Of a DNA stretch of 64,000 nucleotides, positions 29,071 through 38,652 are shown piece by piece. The stretch lies in contig JAVVEA010000001.1 in assembly GCA_032250835.1 (NCBI GenBank), forward strand, positions 1 to 64,000, read 5' to 3'. Within the stretch, counting starts at the first letter, position 1. The number at the start of each line of letters is the position of its first letter. The position numbers and the translations under genes are program-made. Below the pieces are notes generated by a model. That model searched no databases. It saw only the letters and a program-made list of their open reading frames with translations, and had not been told where the DNA came from. This stretch comes from a bacterium (GTDB lineage: Bacteria > SAR324 > XYD2-FULL-50-16).

Positions 29071-29108
29071 AAGAAGAGGGTAGGTCCGCTGGCCTGAACC
29101 CTCTTCTT
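29071..29108 (+). terminator. Hairpin after frr
   Basis: AAGAAGAGGG...CCCTCTTCTT inverted repeat directly after the stop codon. Confidence 0.6.
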
Positions 29109-29387
29109 GACCTCCCTTTAAATCCCCTCTGATTCCGCTGTCTATTGGAACCTTCGAGGGCCTAAGGTTCGGTTCTCGAATCCTTCTTGTCCAGTTTTCC
29201 CTTACCAAGTCGGCCATAATGGCCTATCTTAAAAACAAAGAGTTATTTTGAGGTGCGATGCCTTCCAGGTAGATCCCTGAGTTAATAGCGTAAACCTCTT
29301 TGTTTGATATGCTGGCATCTTTTATGAAGCAGGGAGTCAGCGGGCGAAAGCCCCGTCAATACCCTAACCTGCCAATAGGAATGAGAG

Positions 29388-31751
29388 ATGAACAACTTTG
29401 ACGAAGTCCTGCTGGGCAGTATCGAACTGGCCCAAGCCGAAGCGATCAAGCGCAAAAACCCGGAACTGACCGAGTTCCACTTGCTTTGGGGGCTGATGTC
29501 TAACCCCCGCACGGTCAGTTCTAAGCGCCTGAAAGAAGAAAGGAAATTGATTCTTGGCCTGCTGGACCAATTACCCAAATTGGACAAAGCCCAAGAATTT
29601 GACCGGCTGCGCCCGAACAGCAAGCTCAGCGAATGGTTCACTTTGGCTGGGGCAGACGCCATTGCCGCCGGGCGCGACCGCACTGCCGAGGCGGATATAC
29701 TGCGCCACCTCAACAAGTTTTTTCCCCAGTTGCGTTTTGAGGTGCCCGAAGAAGAAGAGGCCTCAGAGGTCCCTGACTTTTTGGTGGACCTCAATGCCCT
29801 GGCCGATCAAGGCAAGCTCGATCCGGTTATTGGCCGGGCCACCGAGATCCGGCGGGTCCAGGAGATTTTATGCCGCCGCACCAAAAACAACCCGGTCTTG
29901 GTCGGTGCGCCCGGAGTGGGTAAAACCGCCATTGTCGAAGGTTTGGCTGGGTTGATCCAGTCGAGCCGGGTGCCCGACGTCATCCAAGGTAAGACCATCT
30001 ATTTGCTCAATATGGGCGCGCTGATGGCCGGGACCAAGTACCGCGGCGACTTTGAAGAACGGATCGAAGCGCTGTTGAAATTCCTTAAGGCCAAGGGACG
30101 CGACGCCATCATCTTTATCGACGAAATCCATCTCTTGATCGGTGCCGGTAAAACCGAAGGGGCCATGGACGCCGCCAACTTGCTCAAGCCCGCTTTGGCC
30201 CGTGGTGAGTTGAACTGCATCGGCGCGACCACCTTGGACGAATACCAAAAACACATCGAGTCTGACTCAGCCCTAGAGCGCCGTTTCCATCAGGTTCGGG
30301 TCCATGAACCCACCAAGGAGGACAGCATCCAGATTCTGATGGGCCTCAAAGAAAAGTTGGAAATCCATCATGGCATTGAGATCACCGAAGAGGCCATTGT
30401 CTCGGCGGTATACCTTTCGGACCAGTTCATTTCTGATCGATTCTTGCCCGACAAGGCCATCGACATCATCGATGAGGCCGCCGCAGGCTTGAAGCTTTCA
30501 GCAGACAGCATGCCGCCGGAATTAGAAGAGCTCAACGCCCTTATCGGCAGCAAGAAGATATTACTCGGCAGCCAACCGGGCCACAAACACCTCAAAGAAG
30601 AAATCGCCGAACTGGAAGTGCGGTTTAATGCAGAGAAAGGCACCTGGGAACAGAAGGTCTTGGCCTTGAAGAAAGTGGCCCAACTCAAGCAAGCCCACGA
30701 CCAGCTTCGCTTTCAGTTGGAAAAGGCCAAGCAAGAAGGCAATTTCGAGGAAGCGAGCCGCATCCAATATGCCGAACTACCCAAGTTGGAGCAGGAGTTG
30801 GCCGGGCATGAAGTGGACTGGAAGCTCACTAGGCGCAACGTCGGCGAAGTGATCGCCCGCGCCACGGGCGTGCCGGTGGACCGGGTCTTGCGCAGCCGTC
30901 AAGAGAACCTGTTGGGTTTAGGGGACTATCTAAACCAACGGGTCTTAGGCCAAAAAGAAGCGCTAGGAGAAATCGCCGACACGCTGATCGCGGCCCATGC
31001 GGGCCTAACGGACCAAAACCGGCCCTTGGGCAGTTTTTTGCTGATGGGTCCCTCGGGGGTCGGTAAGACCGAAACGGCCAAAGCGATTCAGGAATTTTTG
31101 TTCCAAAGCAACCGCCATTTGGTGCGCATCGACTTGAGCGAATACCGTGAATCCCATTCGGTGGCCAAACTGATCGGGGCCCCTCCGGGGTATGTGGGCT
31201 ATGATGAAGGGGGCGTTTTGACTGAAGCGGTCCGCAAAAACCCCTATTCGGTGTTGCTTTTCGACGAGATCGAAAAGGCCCATGGCGACTTTGCCGACAT
31301 CTTACTACAGGTTCTAGATGAAGGCCGCTTGACGGACACCCACGGGCGCACGGCGAACTTCAGGAACTGCATCATCTTCATCACCACCAACCTGAAGGAC
31401 CCCAAGGAGTGGTTTAAACCCGAGTTGATCGGGCGGCTAGACGCCATCTTAAATTACCATTTGTTGGGTCCTGAAACGGTGCATGCGTTGATTGATCGTG
31501 AACTAGAAGCGCTCAATGAGAAGCTAACGGACCGCAATCTAACGTTAACCCTTGAGCCTGCCTTAACGGAGCGGATTGCCGCGGTGGGCTTTGATGAGAC
31601 CTATGGGGCCCGGCCTCTGCGTAGCGCCTTTGGGCGGCTGGTAATCAAGCCCTTTTCCAAGGTTCTGCTGGCCCGTCCCGAACTCAGCGGCGATTTGGTG
31701 TTGAGTTTAGACGAAAACAATCTAGCCCAATTGACCCCCCAAGGAGCATGA
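29388..31751 (+). CDS. clpB: ClpB-type AAA+ disaggregase (compact)
   Basis: Two NBDs ([16 protein letters not shown]), a coiled-coil middle domain, GYVGY pore loop and no IGF loop. Confidence 0.85.
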   Translation: MNNFDEVLLGSIELAQAEAIKRKNPELTEFHLLWGLMSNPRTVSSKRLKEERKLILGLLDQLPKLDKAQEFDRLRPNSKLSEWFTLAGADAIAAGRDRTAEADILRHLNKFFPQLRFEVPEEEEASEVPDFLVDLNALADQGKLDPVIGRATEIRRVQEILCRRTKNNPVLVGAPGVGKTAIVEGLAGLIQSSRVPDVIQGKTIYLLNMGALMAGTKYRGDFEERIEALLKFLKAKGRDAIIFIDEIHLLIGAGKTEGAMDAANLLKPALARGELNCIGATTLDEYQKHIESDSALERRFHQVRVHEPTKEDSIQILMGLKEKLEIHHGIEITEEAIVSAVYLSDQFISDRFLPDKAIDIIDEAAAGLKLSADSMPPELEELNALIGSKKILLGSQPGHKHLKEEIAELEVRFNAEKGTWEQKVLALKKVAQLKQAHDQLRFQLEKAKQEGNFEEASRIQYAELPKLEQELAGHEVDWKLTRRNVGEVIARATGVPVDRVLRSRQENLLGLGDYLNQRVLGQKEALGEIADTLIAAHAGLTDQNRPLGSFLLMGPSGVGKTETAKAIQEFLFQSNRHLVRIDLSEYRESHSVAKLIGAPPGYVGYDEGGVLTEAVRKNPYSVLLFDEIEKAHGDFADILLQVLDEGRLTDTHGRTANFRNCIIFITTNLKDPKEWFKPELIGRLDAILNYHLLGPETVHALIDRELEALNEKLTDRNLTLTLEPALTERIAAVGFDETYGARPLRSAFGRLVIKPFSKVLLARPELSGDLVLSLDENNLAQLTPQGA

Positions 31752-33190
31752 AAGGAGATTTACGAGGAGAACAAATCCTATTGATCGACCCAGACAGCAG
31801 TTTCTTGCGTCACGCTAAGGGGATGCTGTCTGAATTGGGGGCCCAAGTGCATTTGGCCCATGGGCTCGAAGACGCGATTTCGGTCTTGACCATCGAGCGG
31901 GTTGAGGTGATTTTGTTTGATGCCTCCCTTCCCTTTTCGGGTGCGGAGTTGAAGGAAAACTACAAGGCCTACAACCCCCAAGCCCGCTGTTTTGCGCTTT
32001 ATAAAAGCCGCCCTAGCCAGATCGAACCGGGCCTGGACGGTTATTTATTGAAGCCGCTTAGTATCGGCGACTCTTTAGAAAAGCTCGCCCGACCTCAGGT
32101 GCAGCAAGACTTACCGGTCAGTCGTTTAGACCCCTTAACGGAACTGCTGCGGCCCCACATGATTTTCCGCAGTCCGGTGATGCGCCAACGCCTGCATATG
32201 CTCCCGCAGATTGCCGCCAGTGGGCATGGGGTGTTGATCACGGGCGAGACGGGCACGGGTAAGGAAGTGGTCGCCCGCGCCTTGCATCATCTGAGTTCTT
32301 TTAAGCAAGGGCCTTTTATCGCCGTCAATTGCGGGGCCATCCCCGAGACCTTGATCGAAGGCGAACTGTTCGGGCACGAGAAGGGGGCCTTTACCGGTGC
32401 TGGGAATACCCACAAAGGTAAATTTGAGCTCGCCGAAGGGGGCACGCTGTTCTTAGACGAAATCGGGGAAATGCCTTTGGTGCTTCAGGCGCGTTTACTG
32501 CGGGTTTTGGAAGAGCGCCAGTTGTACCGGGTCGGCGGAGAAAAGGCCATTGAGGTCAATGTGCGGGTCTTAGCGGCCACTCGGGTGGGCCTGCGTAAGG
32601 CCGTAGAGGACGGCCTCTTCCGTCAGGACCTCTATTACCGTCTCAATATTTTGCCGGTCCATTTGCCGCCCTTGCGCGAACGCCGCGAAGACATCCCCCT
32701 TTTGGCTTGGCATTTCTTAGAGCGGGCCTTCCATGAAGCGGGACGCAGCGCCCCCTTGCCCAGCCTTACCGACGCGGCCATCAACCTTTTATTAGACCAA
32801 CCCTGGCATGGCAATGTACGCGAATTGCGCAACCTGATGACCCGCTTGGCGGTCCTGTTGCCCCCCCAGATCGCCTATATCGAGCCTAAACATCTGCGCG
32901 CCTACTTTCCAGAGGCTATAGAGCAGCCTTCAGAATCTTTGGAGCCTAGCCCTAGCGGAACCCACCGTTTTAGTTCCGGGGTGATCGAATTGGACCAGAA
33001 GCCGCCTTCGCCCGGCTTGACGCAAAGCAATAAAGAGGGGATTTTTATACCCTACGGGTTGGAGATGGAAGAGGCCCAACGCCGAATTTTAGACATGACC
33101 CTCAACCGCACAGGCGGCAACAAAAGCGAAGCCGCGAGGATCTTGGGCATGAGCTTAAGGACCGTCCGCCGCCGCTATAACGAGTCTTGA
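31748..33190 (+). CDS. Sigma-54-dependent transcriptional activator (REC-AAA-HTH)
   Basis: [14 protein letters not shown] loop, [15 protein letters not shown] and a Fis-type HTH. Confidence 0.92.
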   Translation: MKGDLRGEQILLIDPDSSFLRHAKGMLSELGAQVHLAHGLEDAISVLTIERVEVILFDASLPFSGAELKENYKAYNPQARCFALYKSRPSQIEPGLDGYLLKPLSIGDSLEKLARPQVQQDLPVSRLDPLTELLRPHMIFRSPVMRQRLHMLPQIAASGHGVLITGETGTGKEVVARALHHLSSFKQGPFIAVNCGAIPETLIEGELFGHEKGAFTGAGNTHKGKFELAEGGTLFLDEIGEMPLVLQARLLRVLEERQLYRVGGEKAIEVNVRVLAATRVGLRKAVEDGLFRQDLYYRLNILPVHLPPLRERREDIPLLAWHFLERAFHEAGRSAPLPSLTDAAINLLLDQPWHGNVRELRNLMTRLAVLLPPQIAYIEPKHLRAYFPEAIEQPSESLEPSPSGTHRFSSGVIELDQKPPSPGLTQSNKEGIFIPYGLEMEEAQRRILDMTLNRTGGNKSEAARILGMSLRTVRRRYNES

Positions 33191-33193
33191 ACT

Positions 33194-34138
33194 ATGAAAA
33201 GCATCTTTATTGACGGGCATTCGGGCACTACCGGTTTGGAGCTGCAAGAGCGGCTCGCTGGACGGGAGGATTTAGAACTCCTACTGATTGATGCCGAACT
33301 CCGCAAGGATGCAACGGCCAAAAAGCAGCTCGCCGCCCAGGCCGATTTAGTCGTTCTCTGCTTGCCTGATGAGGCGGCCGTAGAAGCGGTAGAACTTTAT
33401 AAAGATTTGGGCTGCAAGATTTTAGACGCCAGCACCGCGCACCGGACCAACCCCGCCTGGGCTTACGGCTTGCCGGAGTTGTCACCCGAGCAGCGCGGGA
33501 AAATCAGCGGTGCCCCGTTGGTAGCTAATCCGGGCTGTTACCCCACCGGTTTTTTGCTGCTGGTCGCGCCCTTGGTTCGTGCCGGGCTGCTACCGGCCGA
33601 TTATCCGGTAGTGGTGCATGCTATGAGCGGTTATTCCGGCGGCGGGCGGCAGATGATCGAAGACTATGAACAAGAAATTGATTCTTCTTGGGCCGCCAGG
33701 ATCTACGGTTTGGACTTAAAACACAAACACAAACCCGAAATGTTCAGTCATTCGGGCCTGAGCCGAGCGCCGATTTTTGTGCCCCAGGTGGCTGACTTCC
33801 GCCAGGGAATGTTGGTGCAGGTGGCACTACACCGGGACCTACTAGGCCTCAAGAGCCCCGATGCGCTAGTCGAGATCGGCGCGATTTGGGAGCAAGCCTA
33901 CGGCCAGGAACGATTCATAGAGCCCCTTGAAGGCCCCAGTCTTTCGGCTTTAGATGGGAAGTTTTTAGCAGCCACAGCGCTCAACGGCACCAACCGAGTG
34001 GAGTTGATGCGCTTTGGGCAGGAGGATCAAATCTTGCTCTGCGCCCGCTTAGATAACCTAGGCAAAGGGGCCAGCGGCGCAGCGGTGCAAAACCTTAATT
34101 TGATGCTGGATCTGGAAGAATCGCTGGGCTTAGACTAG
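33194..34138 (+). CDS. argC: N-acetyl-gamma-glutamyl-phosphate reductase (short type 2)
   Basis: FIDGHSGTTG, ANPGCYPT, SGYSGGG and DNLGKGASGAAVQN motifs. Confidence 0.93.
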   Translation: MKSIFIDGHSGTTGLELQERLAGREDLELLLIDAELRKDATAKKQLAAQADLVVLCLPDEAAVEAVELYKDLGCKILDASTAHRTNPAWAYGLPELSPEQRGKISGAPLVANPGCYPTGFLLLVAPLVRAGLLPADYPVVVHAMSGYSGGGRQMIEDYEQEIDSSWAARIYGLDLKHKHKPEMFSHSGLSRAPIFVPQVADFRQGMLVQVALHRDLLGLKSPDALVEIGAIWEQAYGQERFIEPLEGPSLSALDGKFLAATALNGTNRVELMRFGQEDQILLCARLDNLGKGASGAAVQNLNLMLDLEESLGLD

Positions 34139-34425
34139 CCGTGTTTGGGGTGCTCACTGACCTGTAGGATCGCGTAGCGGACTACGTCATCAACATCCTG
34201 GGCGCTGACTTCGCGGTTTAAGATGATACTCCCGGCGTGGGCATAGGTCGCGGGCAAGCGCGATAAAGATAGGGCGTAGACATCTTCAATGCACATACTG
34301 CATTGGTCGAATGCCGGGTACTCGGGCATCAATTTTCTGATCGAGCCGACCACCAGAATCTCGCAGATATTTCGTACCTGCTCTAGCGAATGCCCGTTGA
34401 CTTCATACTTTTCTTTTTTGCTCAT
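34135..34425 (-). CDS. ComFB-family protein
   Basis: VRNICE...CSMCIEDVYALSLSRLPATY...V..HPKH pattern typical of ComFB; GGAGG RBS before ATG 34425. Confidence 0.75.
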   Translation of the reverse strand: MSKKEKYEVNGHSLEQVRNICEILVVGSIRKLMPEYPAFDQCSMCIEDVYALSLSRLPATYAHAGSIILNREVSAQDVDDVVRYAILQVSEHPKHG

Positions 34426-34485
34426 CAATCCTCCCTAGATGAACTCATTATAAGCTGCTTTGCTTCGCGCTGGCAATCAATTAGC

Positions 34486-37257
34486 CTAGATTCGACGGCC
34501 ATAGCGGGCCAATAGGTCTTGCAACCCAAAGGGGTCGATGGGTTTGGCGAGATAATCATCCATACCTGCGTCTAAATAGCGTTCACGGTCCCCTTTCATG
34601 GCGTTGGCGGTCATGGCCACGATCCAAGGCCTCACTTGACGGCCCACCAGATTGCGGGTGACCTCTAAACCATCCATCTCGGGCATTTGTATGTCTAGTA
34701 ATAACAAGTCGTACTGCTGGGCATCAATCATCTTTAAGGCTTGCAGGCCGTCGGTGGCCAGGTCCGCTGCAAAGCCCATCTTTTCTAATAGCTTGAGGAC
34801 CAAAGCTTGATTGAGCTCGTTATCTTCAGCAATCAAGATGCGCAAAGGGTGGCGTTGCCCTAAACCCGCATCCAGGGTCAACACATTCTCCAGTTTGCGG
34901 CTCGAAAGCATGCCTAGGGCGCGGTCCATGTTTAGGAATAGCGCCTCTAAGCGGACCGGCTTGTTGACCAGTAGCCCGCCCGGGCAAGCTTCTTCGATGG
35001 GGTCTCGATTTAAAAAACCCAGCTTGACCATGGGCAACTTCCGGGCTTTTAAAGCCACACAAAAGGCGTTAAGTTCTTGGTGATGTTGGTGGATTTCTTT
35101 GGGCAGGTTGATCAACAACAACCCGTTGTCTTTAAGATCCGCCAACTGCTTGATCGCTCCATCGAGGCTGAACATCTCCGGGTTTAAACCCTCCTGGCGA
35201 AGCAGGCTGGCCAAATGGGAACGGTGCACCGGGTCTGAGTCGAAGAGATAAATTGGCCGACCTTGGAGACTTGCCGAGGCTTTAGGTCGTTCTAGTTGCC
35301 TAGAGCTTAGAGTCGATTCGATGGTGAAATAGAAGGTCGAGCCTTGATTCGGCGAACTTTCAACCCAAATCTTTCCACCCATTAATTCAACCAACTGGCG
35401 GTTGATCGCCAAGCCCAAACCGGTGCCGCCATAGCGTCGGGTGGTGCTGGAATCTAGCTGCTTGAAGGGCTCGAAAAGGGATTCTTGGGTGGAGGGATCG
35501 ATTCCGATCCCTTGGTCTTTGATAGAAAATTGGAGGGTTAGTCTTTGGCCTTTGTGTCGTTCAAGTTTGACCCCAACGATCACCTCGCCTTCATCAGAAA
35601 ACTTGATCGCGTTGCCCACCAAGTTGATTAAGATTTGGCGAATCCTTACCGGGTCGCCCATGACCGTCTCAGGCACCTGGGGGTGGACGTGGTAAAGCAG
35701 TTCTAAACGCTTGGCCGCTGCCTTGGAAACACAGAGGCTAAAGGTTTCTTCAATCACTACTTTGAGGTTCAAGGGCGAGGATTCAAACTGAATCCGAGAG
35801 CTTTCGAGCCGCGTAAAATCTAAGATGTCATTGATCACCGTCAGAAGGTTTTCACCACATTGGCCGATGATATTAACAAATTCATTTTGTTCGGAACTTA
35901 ATTCCGTCTGACTCAGGAGGCTGGTCATCCCCAAAACACCGTTTAAGGGGGTGCGGATCTCGTGGCTCATGGTGGCCAGAAATCGGCTCTTCGCCATGAC
36001 CGCGCTTTCTGCGGCGCTCTTGGCCCTAGAAAGTTCGGCCAAAGTGGCTTTGCGCTCGGTGATGTCGCGCACCAAACAAGCCAATCGGCCCTGTTGGGGG
36101 ATAAAGGCAAATATTTCCAGGCTTTTGTTAATCCGACGGGCGTCGACCTCGAAGCGAGCGCTTTGGCCGGTCGTTGCTACCTCGATCAATTGCTCAAACC
36201 AATCGCGATTGCCTTGGGTGACCAGCGCACTGAGCGGCGTTTGGGCAAAGGCTTGGCCTGAGTAGCTGGTAATTTCGGTGACGGCCCGGTTGGCTTCGAC
36301 AAAGGCAAAGTCCGAAGGTAAGCCGGCCTCGTCGCAGACCACATCAAAGAGGATAAAGCCGTCTTCGGCGGCTTCGAACAGGGCGCGGTATTTTACCTCC
36401 TGCTCGGCCAATTCCAGTTCCGCTTGCTTAGAGGTGGTTACATCACGCACCACAACGGCCGCCTCTTTCACCCGGCCTTGCTCGTCTAGGTTGGGGTAAA
36501 AGATGCTATGAAACCAACGTTCGCCAACTTGGTCGGTCTCAGAATTAGTTTTTGCCTGGGCCACGAGGATTTCATATCGAGAGCGAAACACCTGTAATTG
36601 CTGGGGCTCTAAAAGATCCCAGAGATTTTGGTTTAACAGCTTATCTAAAGGGCGTTTGAAGTAGCTGGAAGCTGCTTGGTTGGCCTGTAAGATCGCCCCT
36701 TCGGGGTCGAGCAGCATGATCAGGGAAGTTGGGGCGTCCAGCAAGGTGCGGATGCGCTCTTGTTGCCGGTTGAGTTCCAGCTGGGTGTCGTAGAGTTCCT
36801 GGACATCTTTGGCGACCAACAGGAGGTGGGGTTCGCCTTGGAACTGGATCACCTTTCCTGAGATCAGCGCCGTCTTTTTTTGCCCATTGGCAAGATTAAA
36901 CTGTCTTAGCTGAACCTTCAATTCGCCCGTTTGAGCCAGTTCTCGGTAGGCTTGTTGTCGTTCCTCTTCAAAGCACCACAGGTTGATATCTCCGGCAGTT
37001 TTGCCGATCAACTGGTCACGCCGGTATCCGGTCAAGCTCAAGAAGCCTTCATTCACGTCCACCACTTGGTGGTTGTCTAGGCGGGTAATGGTAACGGAGA
37101 CGGGGTTTAGCTCGAAGGCGACGTGGTAGCGTTCCGCCTGCAAAGTAAGGGATTCAAGGCGTTCATCTTGGGCCTGGACCTGCCCTTGCAACTGGGCAAT
37201 TTGGGCTTCCAGTTCAAGAATGCGTTTTTGTGCCGCCTGTAAATCGCCGTTGGACAT
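34486..37257 (-). CDS. Cytoplasmic PAS hybrid histidine kinase (3 PAS, HisKA, HATPase, pseudo-REC, REC)
   Basis: SHEIRTPLNG, NLVGNAIKF, GGTGLGL and C-terminal LLDIQMP...AMTANA. Confidence 0.92.
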   Translation of the reverse strand: MSNGDLQAAQKRILELEAQIAQLQGQVQAQDERLESLTLQAERYHVAFELNPVSVTITRLDNHQVVDVNEGFLSLTGYRRDQLIGKTAGDINLWCFEEERQQAYRELAQTGELKVQLRQFNLANGQKKTALISGKVIQFQGEPHLLLVAKDVQELYDTQLELNRQQERIRTLLDAPTSLIMLLDPEGAILQANQAASSYFKRPLDKLLNQNLWDLLEPQQLQVFRSRYEILVAQAKTNSETDQVGERWFHSIFYPNLDEQGRVKEAAVVVRDVTTSKQAELELAEQEVKYRALFEAAEDGFILFDVVCDEAGLPSDFAFVEANRAVTEITSYSGQAFAQTPLSALVTQGNRDWFEQLIEVATTGQSARFEVDARRINKSLEIFAFIPQQGRLACLVRDITERKATLAELSRAKSAAESAVMAKSRFLATMSHEIRTPLNGVLGMTSLLSQTELSSEQNEFVNIIGQCGENLLTVINDILDFTRLESSRIQFESSPLNLKVVIEETFSLCVSKAAAKRLELLYHVHPQVPETVMGDPVRIRQILINLVGNAIKFSDEGEVIVGVKLERHKGQRLTLQFSIKDQGIGIDPSTQESLFEPFKQLDSSTTRRYGGTGLGLAINRQLVELMGGKIWVESSPNQGSTFYFTIESTLSSRQLERPKASASLQGRPIYLFDSDPVHRSHLASLLRQEGLNPEMFSLDGAIKQLADLKDNGLLLINLPKEIHQHHQELNAFCVALKARKLPMVKLGFLNRDPIEEACPGGLLVNKPVRLEALFLNMDRALGMLSSRKLENVLTLDAGLGQRHPLRILIAEDNELNQALVLKLLEKMGFAADLATDGLQALKMIDAQQYDLLLLDIQMPEMDGLEVTRNLVGRQVRPWIVAMTANAMKGDRERYLDAGMDDYLAKPIDPFGLQDLLARYGRRI

Positions 37258-37376
37258 GGATTGGATTCCTTTGACCCAGTTTAGATTCTAAAGGGTAGTT
37301 CTCTTAAAAACTTTGCGCTAGAATGATAATTCAAGGAACCGTTAAAATCCATCTAGATTGAAAAGGATGTTTTGTT

Positions 37377-37613
37377 ATGGCAAGAAATAGAAAGAGTCGA
37401 TTCCCCTGGATGAGTCTTATCCTGGCCCTGGCCCTTTTGGTGCTAGCTCTTAAATACATTCCGCCGGTAAACGATTGGGCCCGGGGCAATCTGCCTGAAG
37501 CTGTGTTGAGCCTCATAGGTGAGCGGCCTAAAAACTTCCTTGAGCGCGGAGCCGACGGCTTGGGCAAGGGCTTGGAAAAGGCTACCGATAAGGTCAAAGG
37601 CCTATTGGAATGA
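37377..37613 (+). CDS. Small single-TM hypothetical protein
   Basis: Basic N-terminus, one TM helix and an amphipathic tail; AAGGA RBS. Confidence 0.6.
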   Translation: MARNRKSRFPWMSLILALALLVLALKYIPPVNDWARGNLPEAVLSLIGERPKNFLERGADGLGKGLEKATDKVKGLLE

Positions 37614-37615
37614 CT

Positions 37616-37990
37616 TTAAAGAGCGGCTTTGAGCCGATCTAGCAGTTCTAATTCTTCGGTTTCGAGAATCTGGTCGGCTTGCATCACTTCGGTCATCAAT
37701 CCGACCAAAGCTTCGCGTTCAGCCCTTTCTAGCTGGGGTAGTACTTTCTCAAAAAAGCCATCGGCGTGGTCTCTGGTGAGGCCGTCGAGCGGAAGGGGCG
37801 CGAAGAATGCGACGACCTGCTGGTCGATGAGGCGGAAGAACTCGTTTTGGTCGCCCATCTCTGGGGTCCAATGGCTAGTCGTAAAATTTTGGATCACCGA
37901 GATTTCGTCATCGTCCATATAGCCGTCCACTGCCGCCATGATAAAGGCCGCGAAAACGATGTGGTGGAGAGACTCTTTGGTTAGTTTCAT
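37616..37990 (-). CDS. TerB-like protein
   Basis: MAAVDG..DDDE and VMQADQ.L...E..LL repeated TerB motifs. Confidence 0.75.
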   Translation of the reverse strand: MKLTKESLHHIVFAAFIMAAVDGYMDDDEISVIQNFTTSHWTPEMGDQNEFFRLIDQQVVAFFAPLPLDGLTRDHADGFFEKVLPQLERAEREALVGLMTEVMQADQILETEELELLDRLKAAL

Positions 37991-38101
37991 GATTCCCCAG
38001 AAAGGATTAAATCCTTTGTTACATTCCTATCCTTACTCCATCTACGCTAGAGTTTAAAGTAAAAACTGTCCCAGAGTCTTAAACAATTGGGCTAGCAGAA
38101 T

Positions 38102-38509
38102 TCACTCTAATCGGGGCCGGTGCCACCCTAGTAACCGGGGTAAGACTTCCACCGGCTGGGGCTGGTTCAGGCCAAAGTCGCCAAAAAATTGGGTTCCATT
38201 ATGTTCGAGCCGTAACCAACGAGGGAATTTTTTGCCCCAGTGCTTCACCGGTAAATCGAGCTTGCCCCCGGGCGTGGGGCCAGCTGAAATCAGGGGGCGG
38301 TAGACCAGCGCCAGATGATTCCCGATCCAATAAGGGGCCAAATCGATGGGGCCCTCTTCGCTGATCTGGAGTTCTTTGCGGACTAAGTCGTCGATCAGCA
38401 GGGTCATTTGTACAAACAGGGGTGAACTCCGGGCCGCAAGTTGGCGGTGGGCACGACGGCTTAATTGCAACCTGAGGGTCCGGCCGTGGCAGTTAAGTTG
38501 TTGGATCAT
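38102..38509 (-). CDS. Hypothetical protein
   Basis: Fills the gap between TerB and a terminator; LSRRA..QL..R..PL..., PRWL and GDFG motifs; start uncertain (38509 or 38521). Confidence 0.55.
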   Translation of the reverse strand: MIQQLNCHGRTLRLQLSRRAHRQLAARSSPLFVQMTLLIDDLVRKELQISEEGPIDLAPYWIGNHLALVYRPLISAGPTPGGKLDLPVKHWGKKFPRWLRLEHNGTQFFGDFGLNQPQPVEVLPRLLGWHRPRLE

Positions 38510-38598
38510 GAAGCGCTCCAAGTGGTTAAATCCTTGCCAAATAGCTTAGCAGAAAAAACTTGGTAGCGGAAAGGAAAATTGGCGGGGCCTTGGCGGGC

Positions 38599-38630
38599 AA
38601 AAAAAAGCCCGGCAGAACCGGGCTTTTTTT
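38599..38630. terminator. Intrinsic terminator (A-tract and T-tract on either side)
   Basis: AAAAAAAAGCCCGG-CAGAA-CCGGGCTTTTTTT directly after the stop of the 394-aa gene. Confidence 0.85.
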
Positions 38631-38652
38631 GAGGTTGCAGCTAGGCGGCAGC

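Noticed and set aside
29311-29330. Sigma-54 promoter or CIRCE upstream of clpB
   Set aside because: TGGCATCTTTTATGA has GA rather than GC at -12, and no TTAGCACTC-N9-GAGTGCTAA is present.
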